Origin: an uncultured archaeon
GTDB taxonomy: Archaea > Thermoplasmatota > Penumbrarchaeia > JASLWR01
Assembly (NCBI GenBank): GCA_964342815.1
Contig: CAYFHS010000006.1
Span: forward strand, 64,001-128,000
Direction: 5' to 3'
DNA: 64,000 nt
Position 1 is the first letter of the stretch; each line of letters begins with the position of its first letter. The notes below the pieces were generated by a model. The model worked only from the letters and a program-made list of their open reading frames with translations. It had not been told where the DNA came from and did not search any database. Both the position numbers and the translations under genes were made by a program. Positions 9,721 to 20,272 of this stretch are shown piece after piece.

Positions 9721-12700
9721 TTGCGTGTTATCAAAATAATGTCGATATTCATAATTGTGACTTGTCTCGTAATACCCGGAATGGTCGTAGGTCCAGGTAT
9801 TCAGAACCTCCAGACCGATTTCGGGAACAACCAGAAATCAATAGAAATAACATTCCTAGGCGAAGGCAGCAAAGTGGTGCAAATCCCGGTTTATTCCAAT
9901 GCTACTTATGATTACTGTACCATGAGCGTTATGGGAAAACCCAAGGGTGATCTCTATCCTTCCAATGTAACTGTGGACGTGGGTGATGATGGAATGGAGG
10001 ATTGGGGATTCCAGGGGATAATGGGCAAGATAACCAGGTTGGGGGATGACAGTAGAGAGCACCGATTCGATCTGACGGGGGATCAGAATTATGATATTGA
10101 GACCTTTATCACAATACCCACGGGCTCCAATGTTAGTTCTGCATCCTTGAACATAACCCCCAAGGGCGGTTACACTGAATCCCTTTTCATGAATATCGGT
10201 CCTGTAAAGCTCATGGCCGGAGTTGATGAAGAGATGTGGTATGCTGTGGACAGTGAGGCACTATTAAGACAGCACATTATTACCGAGAACATAGAGGTAT
10301 TCACAAACAGCGACGGGCTTAATAACAGCAGGATAACGGCTCTCACGGCAGATGAGGATTTCGTGTACGCTGGCTCGGAAAATTTGGGCGTATCAATATT
10401 CGACAGGAAAAAAAACGAGTTCGCCCCGTTTCGGTGGGAAAGTGACAGCCTTCTGGGAACAAATAATACCCGCCTTCTGCATTCCGACGGAGAACGTGTT
10501 TACATCGCCACGGATCGCGCCGTGCAGGTGTTCAATAAATTCGGTGATTTCGGTGATTTTCTCTACACCTGGGTACCGACTCCCGGACAGCTTGTAAGCG
10601 TCAATGTGACAGATATCGAGACGTTGGGCCCCCTTGTTTTCATTGGCACAACCGAAGGCATTTCGATATATAACCAGAATACCTTTAATTGGGTGAACTT
10701 GAATGAAGAAAATGGTCTCCTCTCCGATAGAGTACAGGATATGGTTGTAGATAACGATATATTATACGCTGCCACGGATAAAGGTATCTCGAGATATGAT
10801 CATAATATACTTGATTTCCTACCCGAGATAGACAGTTATCATCTTCCCGACGAGGATGTATCCCATCTGGCCCAGAACTCTACCAGTATATTTGCCGTGG
10901 CCAGTAATGGTGGATATGATTCCATTACAAAGATCAGCAAGTCCACCGGAAAGGCAGTGGGGGATCTCTGGTACCAGGGGAACAAGAATATTGGGGATGA
11001 TGATTTCACCGAGGTACTATATTCTGCCGGGTATCTTTACATTGCCACCCCTTCCGGAGTATTCCGCGGAGAATTCCCATCCGAGGAGTTTCGCGATATC
11101 CCACTATCCAATAATCAGATACTGGCGAATTCCGTTGCCCATGTGTTATTCAATCCCGATGATGGTATATTATATATTGTCTCAGAGGAAGGCGTCAGCA
11201 GGTACGATACTGCCAAACAGCAGTTCATTGAACCCTGGACCGAGGACTCTGGTCTCGAAGATAATGACGGAACGGCCATGCTTATCGATTCCGATTATAT
11301 ATATATCGGAACAGCGAGAGACGGGGTTGCCAGGTGGTCGAGGGCTGACGGGATATGGGATGAGCCCATAGATCGGCGAACGAACCCCGTGGGTCTGGAA
11401 TCGAATAAAATTTCTTCCCTTGGTATGGATGATGAATATCTGTATATCGGTCACGATGAGGGTGTTGACCGGTATTATAAGGCCGGCAATCCTCCGTATG
11501 TGGTAGGCGATCCATTGTGGGATGTGGATGTTTTCAATGCCACCTCGAGAGGAGTAATTGTAAACGATATCGTGAGCGATGAAGATTACGTTTATATTGC
11601 ACATGAATCGGTATTCGGAGCATTTGAGACCTATTCCATCGGGGGTTTATGGTGTAACAATAAGACAAGCGGGAACTGGACGCAGTATACGAACCGGAGC
11701 GAGGTTGGAGACAATCTATCGAGCAATGAGGTATTGAGCCTTAATCAGGACGGAGAGAGCCTGTTCATAGGCACGGATAACGGTTTGAACATTATGAATA
11801 AGGATACCCGAGAGATCGAAATAATAAATTACAGCATCGCTCCCACTTTCCTGGGTGGTGCGATTTACGACATTTACCATGATAACAGCAGCTACCCGCC
11901 ACAGCTTTATATGGCCGCGGCTCCCGTGATGAACGAAACACTTGGACACGAGGTTGGGGGGGGTCTTCTGATCTTTAACCTTATTGCCAAAGAAGTTATC
12001 TTTCAATTGAACCGGACAGTTCAGAATCTGAAGATGACCTCGGACAATATCACCAGTATTGAAAAATTCGGCGGCCTGCTGGCGCTGGGAACCAGAGAAG
12101 GCGGTTTGCTCCGGTTCAACCTATCCAATTACGGGATCATGGACCCTTCACAATCCCTGGGAGATCGTCAATTTCCATCCGATCTGCTTTTCGACCTTGG
12201 AAACGACGGCGACATAGAACAGACCGTTCCGGTGTTCAATGCTCCAGTGAGTTTAGACATCGCCGATAAACTGAATCTACTACTGCATTACTCTAGCTCA
12301 TCCATCTACAAGTACGGGGTGGAATACTCAATAATACCCATTAATATTTCCATCCATCCGGAAAGCACCGGAATAATCCTTTTGTCGGACCTGCACATAG
12401 AGTATGAATATGAACATGCTGTGGCTGATTTTTCCGGTACAATCAATGCTTACATCAGTACACTGCCGCTGGGGGAGGATAATCTGCGTTACATCCCGGT
12501 CCGGGTATATTCGAAGAGTCCGGGAGTGGTTTTATTGACGGCACCGATGATGATGTACAGGATCGCTAATGATCCGGTTGCCAATATCGCAAAACCACTT
12601 TCCTGGGATGGTGGGACTTCTTACAAGAACACCGTACCCATCGAGTTCGACGCATCAGGTTCCTACGATCCCGACAAGGAACCCCTGGAATATGTTTGGC

Positions 12701-14394
12701 GCTCCGACATGGATACAACTTTCCGGGGTAACCAAAGGCAGTTTACGTCATATTTGACAAAAGGGAGACATAACATCTCTCTTAACGTGTCCGATCCCAC
12801 CGGGAGATATTCCTTGACCTATGTGATCATCGATGTGGTAGGGAATCGTCCACCCGTTTCAGTCATAGCGTCCCCGTTTAGCGACGCCACCTTCTTCAAG
12901 GGGCAGCCGGTGACATTCAGTGGAGTTGGTAGTTACGACCCGGACGGCGATGAACTTCTTTATACATGGTATGACAGCACCAATGCAAACAAGAAGATCG
13001 GGACGGGAAAGACAATGATACGGGCTTTCGAGATTCCCGGTGACTATAACGTTACGCTTTCCGTATCGGACGGTTCCCTCACGGTCTCTTCTACTATTGT
13101 GAACCTGACCGTCAATTCCTCAACCACCCGGTACCGTAACCAGACCTTCAACTCCACAACCATGATCGGAGTGACCATCGAATACACGCTGACACATTCA
13201 GGCTACGTATCCGACATCGACATGAATTATCTGGACCTGACCGGCGGAGATTTTGATCTGCCCGACGTGGAAAAGACCAATCTCACTCACATAGGAGTGG
13301 GATTTTATATTGACGAGACCACTGGGGCTACCAGATATGAAGAAATGATACGTATTTCATACAAGGGACAGAAAGAGTTCCTTGACAATATAGATATCAA
13401 TACTCTTGGTCTGTATTATTACAACGAATCCACTGAAATTGATAAAAACAGCGAAATGTGGCTGCCAAGCACCACCATTGAGCACAATACCGACCAGATG
13501 TATATCCTCTGCAGCATACCGAATGAGTGGAGGGATGCTTCCACCCGGACTCAATTCGTACTTTTTGCCAATGCCTCCAGATGGGATCGAACTTTCCTTT
13601 CCGTGACAACCAATCCGGAAGACGGAGCTAAAAAGGTGAATCATAAGGGCCTTGTCATCACCATCACTTTCAACAATCATATAATCGACAGCACCATGAA
13701 AATCGAACTTCAGGATGATCCGGGAGGAAATAATCAGGAAATACAGTTTGGTCCCCATTATGATGAAAATACAACATCCGTATCCTTCCGAATGAAAAAC
13801 CTTGAATATGATTCCAAATACACGATCCATATCTCTTTTGTAATGGACGAGTACAGACAGACCATCGAGGATCGTTCATTTACTTTCCATACGAAAGAAA
13901 AGCCTGTACTGGTCGAAGACACCCCAATCTGGTATTGGATCGCAGGCGGCGTCATACTTTTAATATTGATCGCTGTGGCAGTATATTTCCTCGTGATAAG
14001 AAAGAGATTGGAGGAAGAAGAAGAGGAACAAGAGGTCTTTTCCTGCGCGAGATGTGGTTTTGTCCTGGAGGGTGAAGAGGTCAAGGACTGTCCAGAATGC
14101 GGTTTCGAAATGGAGAAGAAGGCCGAGGCAGTGGTTGAGATGAAGTTCATAAACTGCCCGGAATGCGCTGCCAAGATAGATGGCAGATCGAAGATATGTC
14201 CGTTCTGTTCCAAAAAGGTGGGAGAGGAAGAAGAAGAGGTGCTGGAAGAGGAGACCATGGAGGAAGAAGTGGTACTTCCCCCACCTGCTCAGCTGGGTGT
14301 GCCTGAGGATACGGAGTGTCCCACATGCGGTACCATGGTAGAGAAGGGAAATGAAGAATGTCCGGCCTGCGGAGAAGTTGAGTTCGGATTCTGA
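9721..14394 (+). CDS. Very large surface protein: beta-propeller repeats, two PKD domains, Ig-like domain, TM helix, cytoplasmic acidic tail with three double-CxxC zinc ribbons
   Basis: Signal peptide after TTG 9721 or ATG 9739 (ORF track 9562). Repeats such as NSRITALTADEDFVYAGS and SDRVQDMVVDNDILYAAT. PKD motifs FDASGSYDPD. TM WYWIAGGVILLILIAVAVYFLVI. Zinc ribbons CARC..CPEC, CPEC..CPFC, CPTC..CPAC. Confidence 0.85.
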   Translation: MRVIKIMSIFIIVTCLVIPGMVVGPGIQNLQTDFGNNQKSIEITFLGEGSKVVQIPVYSNATYDYCTMSVMGKPKGDLYPSNVTVDVGDDGMEDWGFQGIMGKITRLGDDSREHRFDLTGDQNYDIETFITIPTGSNVSSASLNITPKGGYTESLFMNIGPVKLMAGVDEEMWYAVDSEALLRQHIITENIEVFTNSDGLNNSRITALTADEDFVYAGSENLGVSIFDRKKNEFAPFRWESDSLLGTNNTRLLHSDGERVYIATDRAVQVFNKFGDFGDFLYTWVPTPGQLVSVNVTDIETLGPLVFIGTTEGISIYNQNTFNWVNLNEENGLLSDRVQDMVVDNDILYAATDKGISRYDHNILDFLPEIDSYHLPDEDVSHLAQNSTSIFAVASNGGYDSITKISKSTGKAVGDLWYQGNKNIGDDDFTEVLYSAGYLYIATPSGVFRGEFPSEEFRDIPLSNNQILANSVAHVLFNPDDGILYIVSEEGVSRYDTAKQQFIEPWTEDSGLEDNDGTAMLIDSDYIYIGTARDGVARWSRADGIWDEPIDRRTNPVGLESNKISSLGMDDEYLYIGHDEGVDRYYKAGNPPYVVGDPLWDVDVFNATSRGVIVNDIVSDEDYVYIAHESVFGAFETYSIGGLWCNNKTSGNWTQYTNRSEVGDNLSSNEVLSLNQDGESLFIGTDNGLNIMNKDTREIEIINYSIAPTFLGGAIYDIYHDNSSYPPQLYMAAAPVMNETLGHEVGGGLLIFNLIAKEVIFQLNRTVQNLKMTSDNITSIEKFGGLLALGTREGGLLRFNLSNYGIMDPSQSLGDRQFPSDLLFDLGNDGDIEQTVPVFNAPVSLDIADKLNLLLHYSSSSIYKYGVEYSIIPINISIHPESTGIILLSDLHIEYEYEHAVADFSGTINAYISTLPLGEDNLRYIPVRVYSKSPGVVLLTAPMMMYRIANDPVANIAKPLSWDGGTSYKNTVPIEFDASGSYDPDKEPLEYVWRSDMDTTFRGNQRQFTSYLTKGRHNISLNVSDPTGRYSLTYVIIDVVGNRPPVSVIASPFSDATFFKGQPVTFSGVGSYDPDGDELLYTWYDSTNANKKIGTGKTMIRAFEIPGDYNVTLSVSDGSLTVSSTIVNLTVNSSTTRYRNQTFNSTTMIGVTIEYTLTHSGYVSDIDMNYLDLTGGDFDLPDVEKTNLTHIGVGFYIDETTGATRYEEMIRISYKGQKEFLDNIDINTLGLYYYNESTEIDKNSEMWLPSTTIEHNTDQMYILCSIPNEWRDASTRTQFVLFANASRWDRTFLSVTTNPEDGAKKVNHKGLVITITFNNHIIDSTMKIELQDDPGGNNQEIQFGPHYDENTTSVSFRMKNLEYDSKYTIHISFVMDEYRQTIEDRSFTFHTKEKPVLVEDTPIWYWIAGGVILLILIAVAVYFLVIRKRLEEEEEEQEVFSCARCGFVLEGEEVKDCPECGFEMEKKAEAVVEMKFINCPECAAKIDGRSKICPFCSKKVGEEEEEVLEEETMEEEVVLPPPAQLGVPEDTECPTCGTMVEKGNEECPACGEVEFGF

Positions 14395-14412
14395 TTTCCT
14401 ACGGGTGGACCC

Positions 14413-15561
14413 ATGCAAGTCGATCCGACAATGCTTGAAAAGCAGAGATTAATTGGCCAGGGTGGAAATTGTGCACCAGCCGGTATATCTTTTTGGGATC
14501 CCAATTCGTATGGCGGTAAGTTGTCTGAAGGATGTGTCCTCTGCGAGAAGGGTGCAAAGATGGTATTTTTCGTGACGGGCATATGTTCTCGTTCTTGCTT
14601 TTACTGCCCGATTTCCGAGAAGAAATCCGGCGTCGACGTTACCTATGCCAACGAGAGACAGGTTTTCGATATCCAGGAGGCCGTGCAGGAAGCCGCACTT
14701 ATTGATGCACTGGGTACTGGTATCACGGGGGGAGATCCTCTGGCAGTGCTCTCAAAAACCTGTTTTTCCATTAGGGAATTGAAAAAGCGTTTCGGCGAAG
14801 CCCATCATATTCACCTGTATACAATGACACCCGCCACTGGAGAAGTTCTCCAGGAATTGGCCAATGCGGGATTGAACGAGATACGTTTTCATGTTCCCCC
14901 TGAAACCTGGAGCTCGGAGGGATTGTGTGATTCTGGATTCGGGGATTCGATCGGAAGCGCAAAGAACCTTGGCTTGGACTGCGGTGTCGAGGTACCAGTT
15001 TTCCCAGAAATGGAGAAGGAATTGATCTTTCTATGCAAGTGGGCCCTTAATACCGGTGCCGATTTCGTCAATCTAAATGAGCTGGAAATGAATTACATCA
15101 ATTATAAATTTTTAAATGAACGTAATTATTCAACCAGATCGGATATCTCAAGTGCAGTTTCCGGTTCAGCTGAGCTCGGGATGCGTGTACTTAGACATTT
15201 CAAGGAGTCCCACAGTAATATCCATTTCTGTTCGGTTGCATTCAAGGACGGAGTCCAGCTAAAAAATAGAATTGGTCGAAGGGCCAAGAATGTGATGAAG
15301 CCTTATCAGGAGATCACCGAAGACAACACTCTGATCAGAGCTTTGATCGAATGTCCGCCAACCGATGAGAATCTAATTTCTCTCAGAGACGAATTCGACA
15401 TACCGGAAGGAATGATCGAAAAGGATCATCTCAATTCATGTCTAAGTACCGCCTGGTACGTGGCTGAGGAGATCAACGAGCATATTCCCTTTCGATGCGC
15501 TATAATTGAAGAGTATCCCACCTACGACCGATTGGAAGTTGAGAGGAGATATCTGAATTAA
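14413..15561 (+). CDS. Archaeal uncharacterised radical SAM protein (COG2108-like)
   Basis: CxxxCxxC motif CSRSCFYC, an upstream CVLC, and GITGGDPL. Confidence 0.88.
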   Translation: MQVDPTMLEKQRLIGQGGNCAPAGISFWDPNSYGGKLSEGCVLCEKGAKMVFFVTGICSRSCFYCPISEKKSGVDVTYANERQVFDIQEAVQEAALIDALGTGITGGDPLAVLSKTCFSIRELKKRFGEAHHIHLYTMTPATGEVLQELANAGLNEIRFHVPPETWSSEGLCDSGFGDSIGSAKNLGLDCGVEVPVFPEMEKELIFLCKWALNTGADFVNLNELEMNYINYKFLNERNYSTRSDISSAVSGSAELGMRVLRHFKESHSNIHFCSVAFKDGVQLKNRIGRRAKNVMKPYQEITEDNTLIRALIECPPTDENLISLRDEFDIPEGMIEKDHLNSCLSTAWYVAEEINEHIPFRCAIIEEYPTYDRLEVERRYLN

Positions 15562-15578
15562 ACCTGTGAGGTATTCGG

Positions 15579-16211
15579 GTGAACACCAAAAGAATATTCA
15601 TCGTGATAGGTCATGATTCACAACTTGACGGGATGTTCCGGCTCGAGGATCTCCCTGGGTCGGGCCGGATCGATGAGATTGCCAGGTGCGTCACAGCCGC
15701 CCTTCTTGTGTCCAACGGTATTAGAAAGGATACAGTGGTAATGCTGATACTTCAAGGTAAGGGGGGAACGAGACTGGTGGAATTTAACGGGAAATATATG
15801 AAGAACCTTAATCCCGACGAGAGGAGTACTGCCGCTCTTCTTAGGATCGCTCTTCGTAATGAGGTATTCATTTTTGAAAAAAAGGTCATTCCGGGTATCA
15901 CACTGGTTCCGGGGGACCTCCGAACCCATCTTGAAAAGATCGACAAGAGCTCCCTTATCTTACATTTGCGGGAAGACGGAAAAGACGCTTTTGAAAAAAG
16001 TGCAAAGGATATTATCAAGACATGGGTAAATAAAAACGAAACTTTAGTGATCATCCTTTCCGACAACAAGGACCTGTCAAAAGAAGAGACCGAGCTTCTT
16101 TTAAAAATCTCCACGGTTCCCATTTCGCTGGGACCTTTGAGCCTGCAATCTCATCAGACCATACTTATAATGCATAATCTACTGGACCGAATTACCCAGT
16201 GGCATAATTGA
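15579..16211 (+). CDS. trmY: tRNA (pseudouridine54-N1)-methyltransferase, SPOUT family
   Basis: DLPGSGRIDEIARCVTAALLVSNGIRKDT, LNPDERSTAALL, SPOUT knot ISLGPLSLQSHQTILIMHNLLD. Confidence 0.9.
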   Translation: MNTKRIFIVIGHDSQLDGMFRLEDLPGSGRIDEIARCVTAALLVSNGIRKDTVVMLILQGKGGTRLVEFNGKYMKNLNPDERSTAALLRIALRNEVFIFEKKVIPGITLVPGDLRTHLEKIDKSSLILHLREDGKDAFEKSAKDIIKTWVNKNETLVIILSDNKDLSKEETELLLKISTVPISLGPLSLQSHQTILIMHNLLDRITQWHN

Positions 16212-16578
16212 TGCCATAGATGGAATCATGTCCCAATTCCCGTCATCAAGTTCACATAATTACATTAATGTTACATTACAGTTCATGAACCGACCATATT
16301 TAATTATCGCCTACATTCATTAATAGCTTCGGGGAAGCAAACATCCTTCATGATCGATAACGACAATATTAAAGGTTGAGGGGCTGATATAAACCGTGAA
16401 AATCCCCGTCATTTGTCAGGGGGGATTTGGGACCGGCGATCGAAATAAACGGATAAAACTAATATAAAATCGAAACACTTGGGTAAAAAGATTTAAAAAC
16501 AGTTGAGATATTAAAAACCAAAAATTATTGTCTAGATTAGAGGAATTAAACGCGAACCTGAAAGAGTGATGAGGTGTA

Positions 16579-19500
16579 ATGATGAGAAAGGTTTTTGCAA
16601 TCGTAATTGTCATTGTCATGTTGGCAATGGTTTTTTACAAAACGATACCGACATACGGGAATGAAACCGCTATCGAAACCATTGAACTGCCGGAGGAGCC
16701 CTCCGCGGGATCATACAAGGAGGCTGATACGGTCGATCAATCGATCCAAAATGAGATGGAACAAACGGATGAACCACCGGCGGATTTCGCCCCTATGGAG
16801 GATGGCAAGCCACTGGTGCGTCCGGACGGTACCATTGACCCTGTTGTCTTTCAGGTATACAAGGAAAGAATACAGCGCGAGAACGACCTCATCAGCAATC
16901 CACCCCCTAAACCGAGATCAAGGTTTCACCTGACCACGGCCACAGGTATCTCATTCATCTATCCAAACAACTGGCCTCGCGTAATGTATTATGAAAATTA
17001 TTCGGTGGTTGGTGTTCTTTTCGAGGATTCCAATGAGAACGGACTTTGGAACCAGGGGGAGATTGGTGTACCCAACGCGCCGGTCCACGTCTACTGGGGC
17101 GAAGGGCACGTAAGGGAAATTCTTCCGGCGCCCATAACAGGCGCGACCCAGGCAACGCTTGGTTCATTTTCAACTTATTTTACAGTTACCGAGACTCAGG
17201 AGGGACTTTATCCGCTTAATTTCACATTCAAGGGTCTTACCACAAGAAACGGGACAACCTATTACGAACACACACCTGGATCACCCCCTCCCGCCGGTCA
17301 CTGGTTGGCTACGGAACCTTCAACCTGGCCGCCTTTACCCCTGGAGGATTACCAAGCCGAGATTTGGCACAACGTCAAGATAGATTTTCAGGTAACCTCC
17401 CCAGACCTCGATGATATAGAGGTGGGAGATACTCTGGAGATAACCGGAACACTTGAAGATGCGGACCTCCATTGGGGATTGAGCCAGAAGGTCTTGCACG
17501 TGAAATTCGATAACAATCCCGTATACCCCTCCACAGTTGCCACGTCAGGGACGGGTACGTTTTCCTATCAGTACCAGATACCTGAAACAGTTCGACCCGG
17601 CAAACATACCATCGGAGTGGAATTTCACTCGGGATATACGAACCCACAGCAGGAAAAACCCAATTATTATTATGTTGATAATTCAACGGTAGTGGAATTC
17701 AAGGTTCACCGTCCGACAAGCTTCGTCGTGAACGACCGTGTGGTCTACAGGACCGATACGATAAACATCTCCGGAGCTATTGTTGACAACCGAGGCCAGG
17801 GGCCTGATCCTGTCATAGCCAACGAATCTTTCAAATACGAGGTGATTATAAACTGGGGAGACCCTTCCGAACTGTATTACGAACCGGGGATGAAAGCCAC
17901 TCTATTACCGTCAGGGAACTTTACCCGACAATTCACCATTAAGAAGACCCAGCCCCTCACCAGGGTGCATATCACCTTCCATTTCAGGGTTGAGAATTCC
18001 GATCACGGAGCTACTATGTACTATCGGGAAGCCACGGGTGAGGCATATTACACTGTTAAAGCGAGGACAATATTAGAGCTGCACGTGATGGATAAGGACG
18101 GCAAAAACGAGCTTGATACCGTCAGCCGAACGGGACCTGACAGCGCCTTCAAGATATCTGGAATTCTCTGGGACAAGGACCAGAGGGATGCCTCGGGTCG
18201 CTGGACCAGCCCCATCGAGAAGATGTCTGTGGATATCTGGTGGGGGGATAAATATCTGGGTGAGCGAACTACCGACCAGTTTGGAAGGTTCAGCATAGAT
18301 AAGAACCTTGGTATAAACGATCCTATCGGTCCGGTAATGGTGCGGGCGAACATGGACGATACCTACTGGTACAAGGGATTTGATACCGACAGTTATGCGG
18401 GTGACGGATCATATTACGGCAAGATAATTGACGTGGTGGCGAAGACTACCATCGAAATAATGCAGGGTTCGGGATTGAAGGGGGAAAAAGCTGTAATAAG
18501 GGGGCGGCTCTACGATGACAGAGGTGCGGCTTACGGTATCGGCAACCGTTCCGTGGAGCTATACTGGAAGAAGACCAAATTCGCCCCGCTGGGTTCGTCC
18601 ATTGGAGAAGCATTTACCGATGCTAATGGGAATTTCGTATTATCGAGTTTCCAGATACCCAAGACCCAAGGAGTGGGGGATGCATTCGTTGTTGGAATAT
18701 TCAGAGGATCCGAAAAGGTAATCCATTCAAAGGACCATCAAAAACACTATACGGCAGGGGATGCATATGATTATACGGAATCGGAGGACATCACTTTCAA
18801 CATTTCAGCCTATATTTACGTTTCCATTGACCCCAGTATACTTAACGGTTCCAAGTATACTCGCGGCGATACCATCAAGATAAGCGGTGAAGTGGTTGAG
18901 GTTTTCGAGAACAAGAGAACGAGTCCACCCCGCTACGTTAAAGGTATAAAGGTGTCGGCATTCTTCATGTGGGACGGCAGGGAGCAGAAACTTCCCGATA
19001 CGACCACTGATGATTTCGGGCAATACGAGATAGTCGCTACCGTTCCCAAGAGTCTTGAAGTGGGTCCGTATATATTAAAAATGTATTTTAATAATACTGA
19101 TAAATATGTGACCAAGCCACAGTTTCTGGAATCGAGAAGCATCGTTGTTGTTGCAGATACATACATAAAGATTGTGGATCAGCCCGAGGACGTCACCGGA
19201 GACGAGATCCCCGATATTGGTTTTGTCAATCCAAACGTGGAGACCGGCTATCAGTTCAGTATTCTTCTTCTCGAGCGGAACACACTGCTGAACGAACCTG
19301 TGCCAGTTAACGGTACCATGGTTTCGCTTACGATCACGTTGTGGGACGATTCCGGTATACGGTATATCAACCTTTCGAACCTCAGAACCAACTATCTTGG
19401 CCGTATCGATTTCAACTTCACCGGATTCAGGTCTGTTGACGGGATCTCCATTTCGACACCCGGACTTGGCGCATCCGGTAAAGCTCTCATAGAGTTCAAG

Positions 19501-20103
19501 GGAAGCGGATATCTTACGAAATCCGATGAGGAGATCGATCTTAACTATATTGCAAGGCCGATCATACCCCCGCCTCCTGGCATTACCGATTGGGAATGGT
19601 GGGCAGATCGGCCGGCTGCACTGGCTGGAGTCGGGATATTCCTGATCTTGCTGATACTTGGTATAATCTTATTGGTCCTCTATCTACGCAATAGGGCCCG
19701 TATCAGGGGTATCAAGAGAATTATCAAGAGGGCTGCCGACCAGCTTATTGCAGGTAACGAGTATACTGCAGTCATCTTCAAATCATACCAGAAACTGGGT
19801 ATGCATTTGAGGCGCTTCGGTTACCTCAGGCGTGAGGCCGAGACGTTCAGGGAGTTCGAGGATGCTGTCCGAACGGCATTGCCCGTGGATAAACAGAGCC
19901 TCAACGGTTTCTTAACCATTCTAGAAGAGGCTCGTTACAGCTCCCATGAGATCGGCGAGACCCAGAGGAACAATGCTATCTCCAATCTACGTGGTATTGA
20001 GAATTCACTAACTTATATACAGTTGGATGAAGAAGAGGCCATGAGAAAACTCGAAGAGAGCGAAGCTGATTTCGTGGAGACGGAGATCATTCTTAAAAAA
20101 TGA
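16579..20103 (+). CDS. Large membrane-anchored Ig-repeat protein with a C-terminal DUF4129-like domain
   Basis: Signal peptide. SdrD-B-like GVLFEDSNENGLWNQGEIGV. Repeated I.G.L.D...G modules. TM LAGVGIFLILLILGIILLVLYL. DUF4129-like AETFREF...LTILEEARYS. Confidence 0.8.
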   Translation: MMRKVFAIVIVIVMLAMVFYKTIPTYGNETAIETIELPEEPSAGSYKEADTVDQSIQNEMEQTDEPPADFAPMEDGKPLVRPDGTIDPVVFQVYKERIQRENDLISNPPPKPRSRFHLTTATGISFIYPNNWPRVMYYENYSVVGVLFEDSNENGLWNQGEIGVPNAPVHVYWGEGHVREILPAPITGATQATLGSFSTYFTVTETQEGLYPLNFTFKGLTTRNGTTYYEHTPGSPPPAGHWLATEPSTWPPLPLEDYQAEIWHNVKIDFQVTSPDLDDIEVGDTLEITGTLEDADLHWGLSQKVLHVKFDNNPVYPSTVATSGTGTFSYQYQIPETVRPGKHTIGVEFHSGYTNPQQEKPNYYYVDNSTVVEFKVHRPTSFVVNDRVVYRTDTINISGAIVDNRGQGPDPVIANESFKYEVIINWGDPSELYYEPGMKATLLPSGNFTRQFTIKKTQPLTRVHITFHFRVENSDHGATMYYREATGEAYYTVKARTILELHVMDKDGKNELDTVSRTGPDSAFKISGILWDKDQRDASGRWTSPIEKMSVDIWWGDKYLGERTTDQFGRFSIDKNLGINDPIGPVMVRANMDDTYWYKGFDTDSYAGDGSYYGKIIDVVAKTTIEIMQGSGLKGEKAVIRGRLYDDRGAAYGIGNRSVELYWKKTKFAPLGSSIGEAFTDANGNFVLSSFQIPKTQGVGDAFVVGIFRGSEKVIHSKDHQKHYTAGDAYDYTESEDITFNISAYIYVSIDPSILNGSKYTRGDTIKISGEVVEVFENKRTSPPRYVKGIKVSAFFMWDGREQKLPDTTTDDFGQYEIVATVPKSLEVGPYILKMYFNNTDKYVTKPQFLESRSIVVVADTYIKIVDQPEDVTGDEIPDIGFVNPNVETGYQFSILLLERNTLLNEPVPVNGTMVSLTITLWDDSGIRYINLSNLRTNYLGRIDFNFTGFRSVDGISISTPGLGASGKALIEFKGSGYLTKSDEEIDLNYIARPIIPPPPGITDWEWWADRPAALAGVGIFLILLILGIILLVLYLRNRARIRGIKRIIKRAADQLIAGNEYTAVIFKSYQKLGMHLRRFGYLRREAETFREFEDAVRTALPVDKQSLNGFLTILEEARYSSHEIGETQRNNAISNLRGIENSLTYIQLDEEEAMRKLEESEADFVETEIILKK

Positions 20104-20107
20104 TGTA

Positions 20108-20147
20108 AAAGGGGCCCTAAAAAAGGGTCCTTTTTTCTTTTTTTTTA
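20108..20147 (+). terminator. Hairpin plus oligo-T terminator
   Basis: aaaaggggccct-aaaaa-agggtcctttt followed by tttcttttttt right after the stop codon. Confidence 0.65.
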
Positions 20148-20272
20148 CCATGATGGCTGTCTGTAATATCGGCGTATAACATAAGACCTAAAACATTAAA
20201 TATCATTAGAAGTATACTGCGAGAGCAATAAAAACCAGTTCCCTGAAATCACAATGAAAAACAGAAGCTGGC

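Noticed and set aside
16212-16578. Small RNA or riboswitch in the trmY downstream spacer
   Set aside because: It holds only short palindromes (acattaatgt, gttcatgaac, gcttc-gggg-aagc) in AT-rich DNA, with no recognisable aptamer or extended structure.
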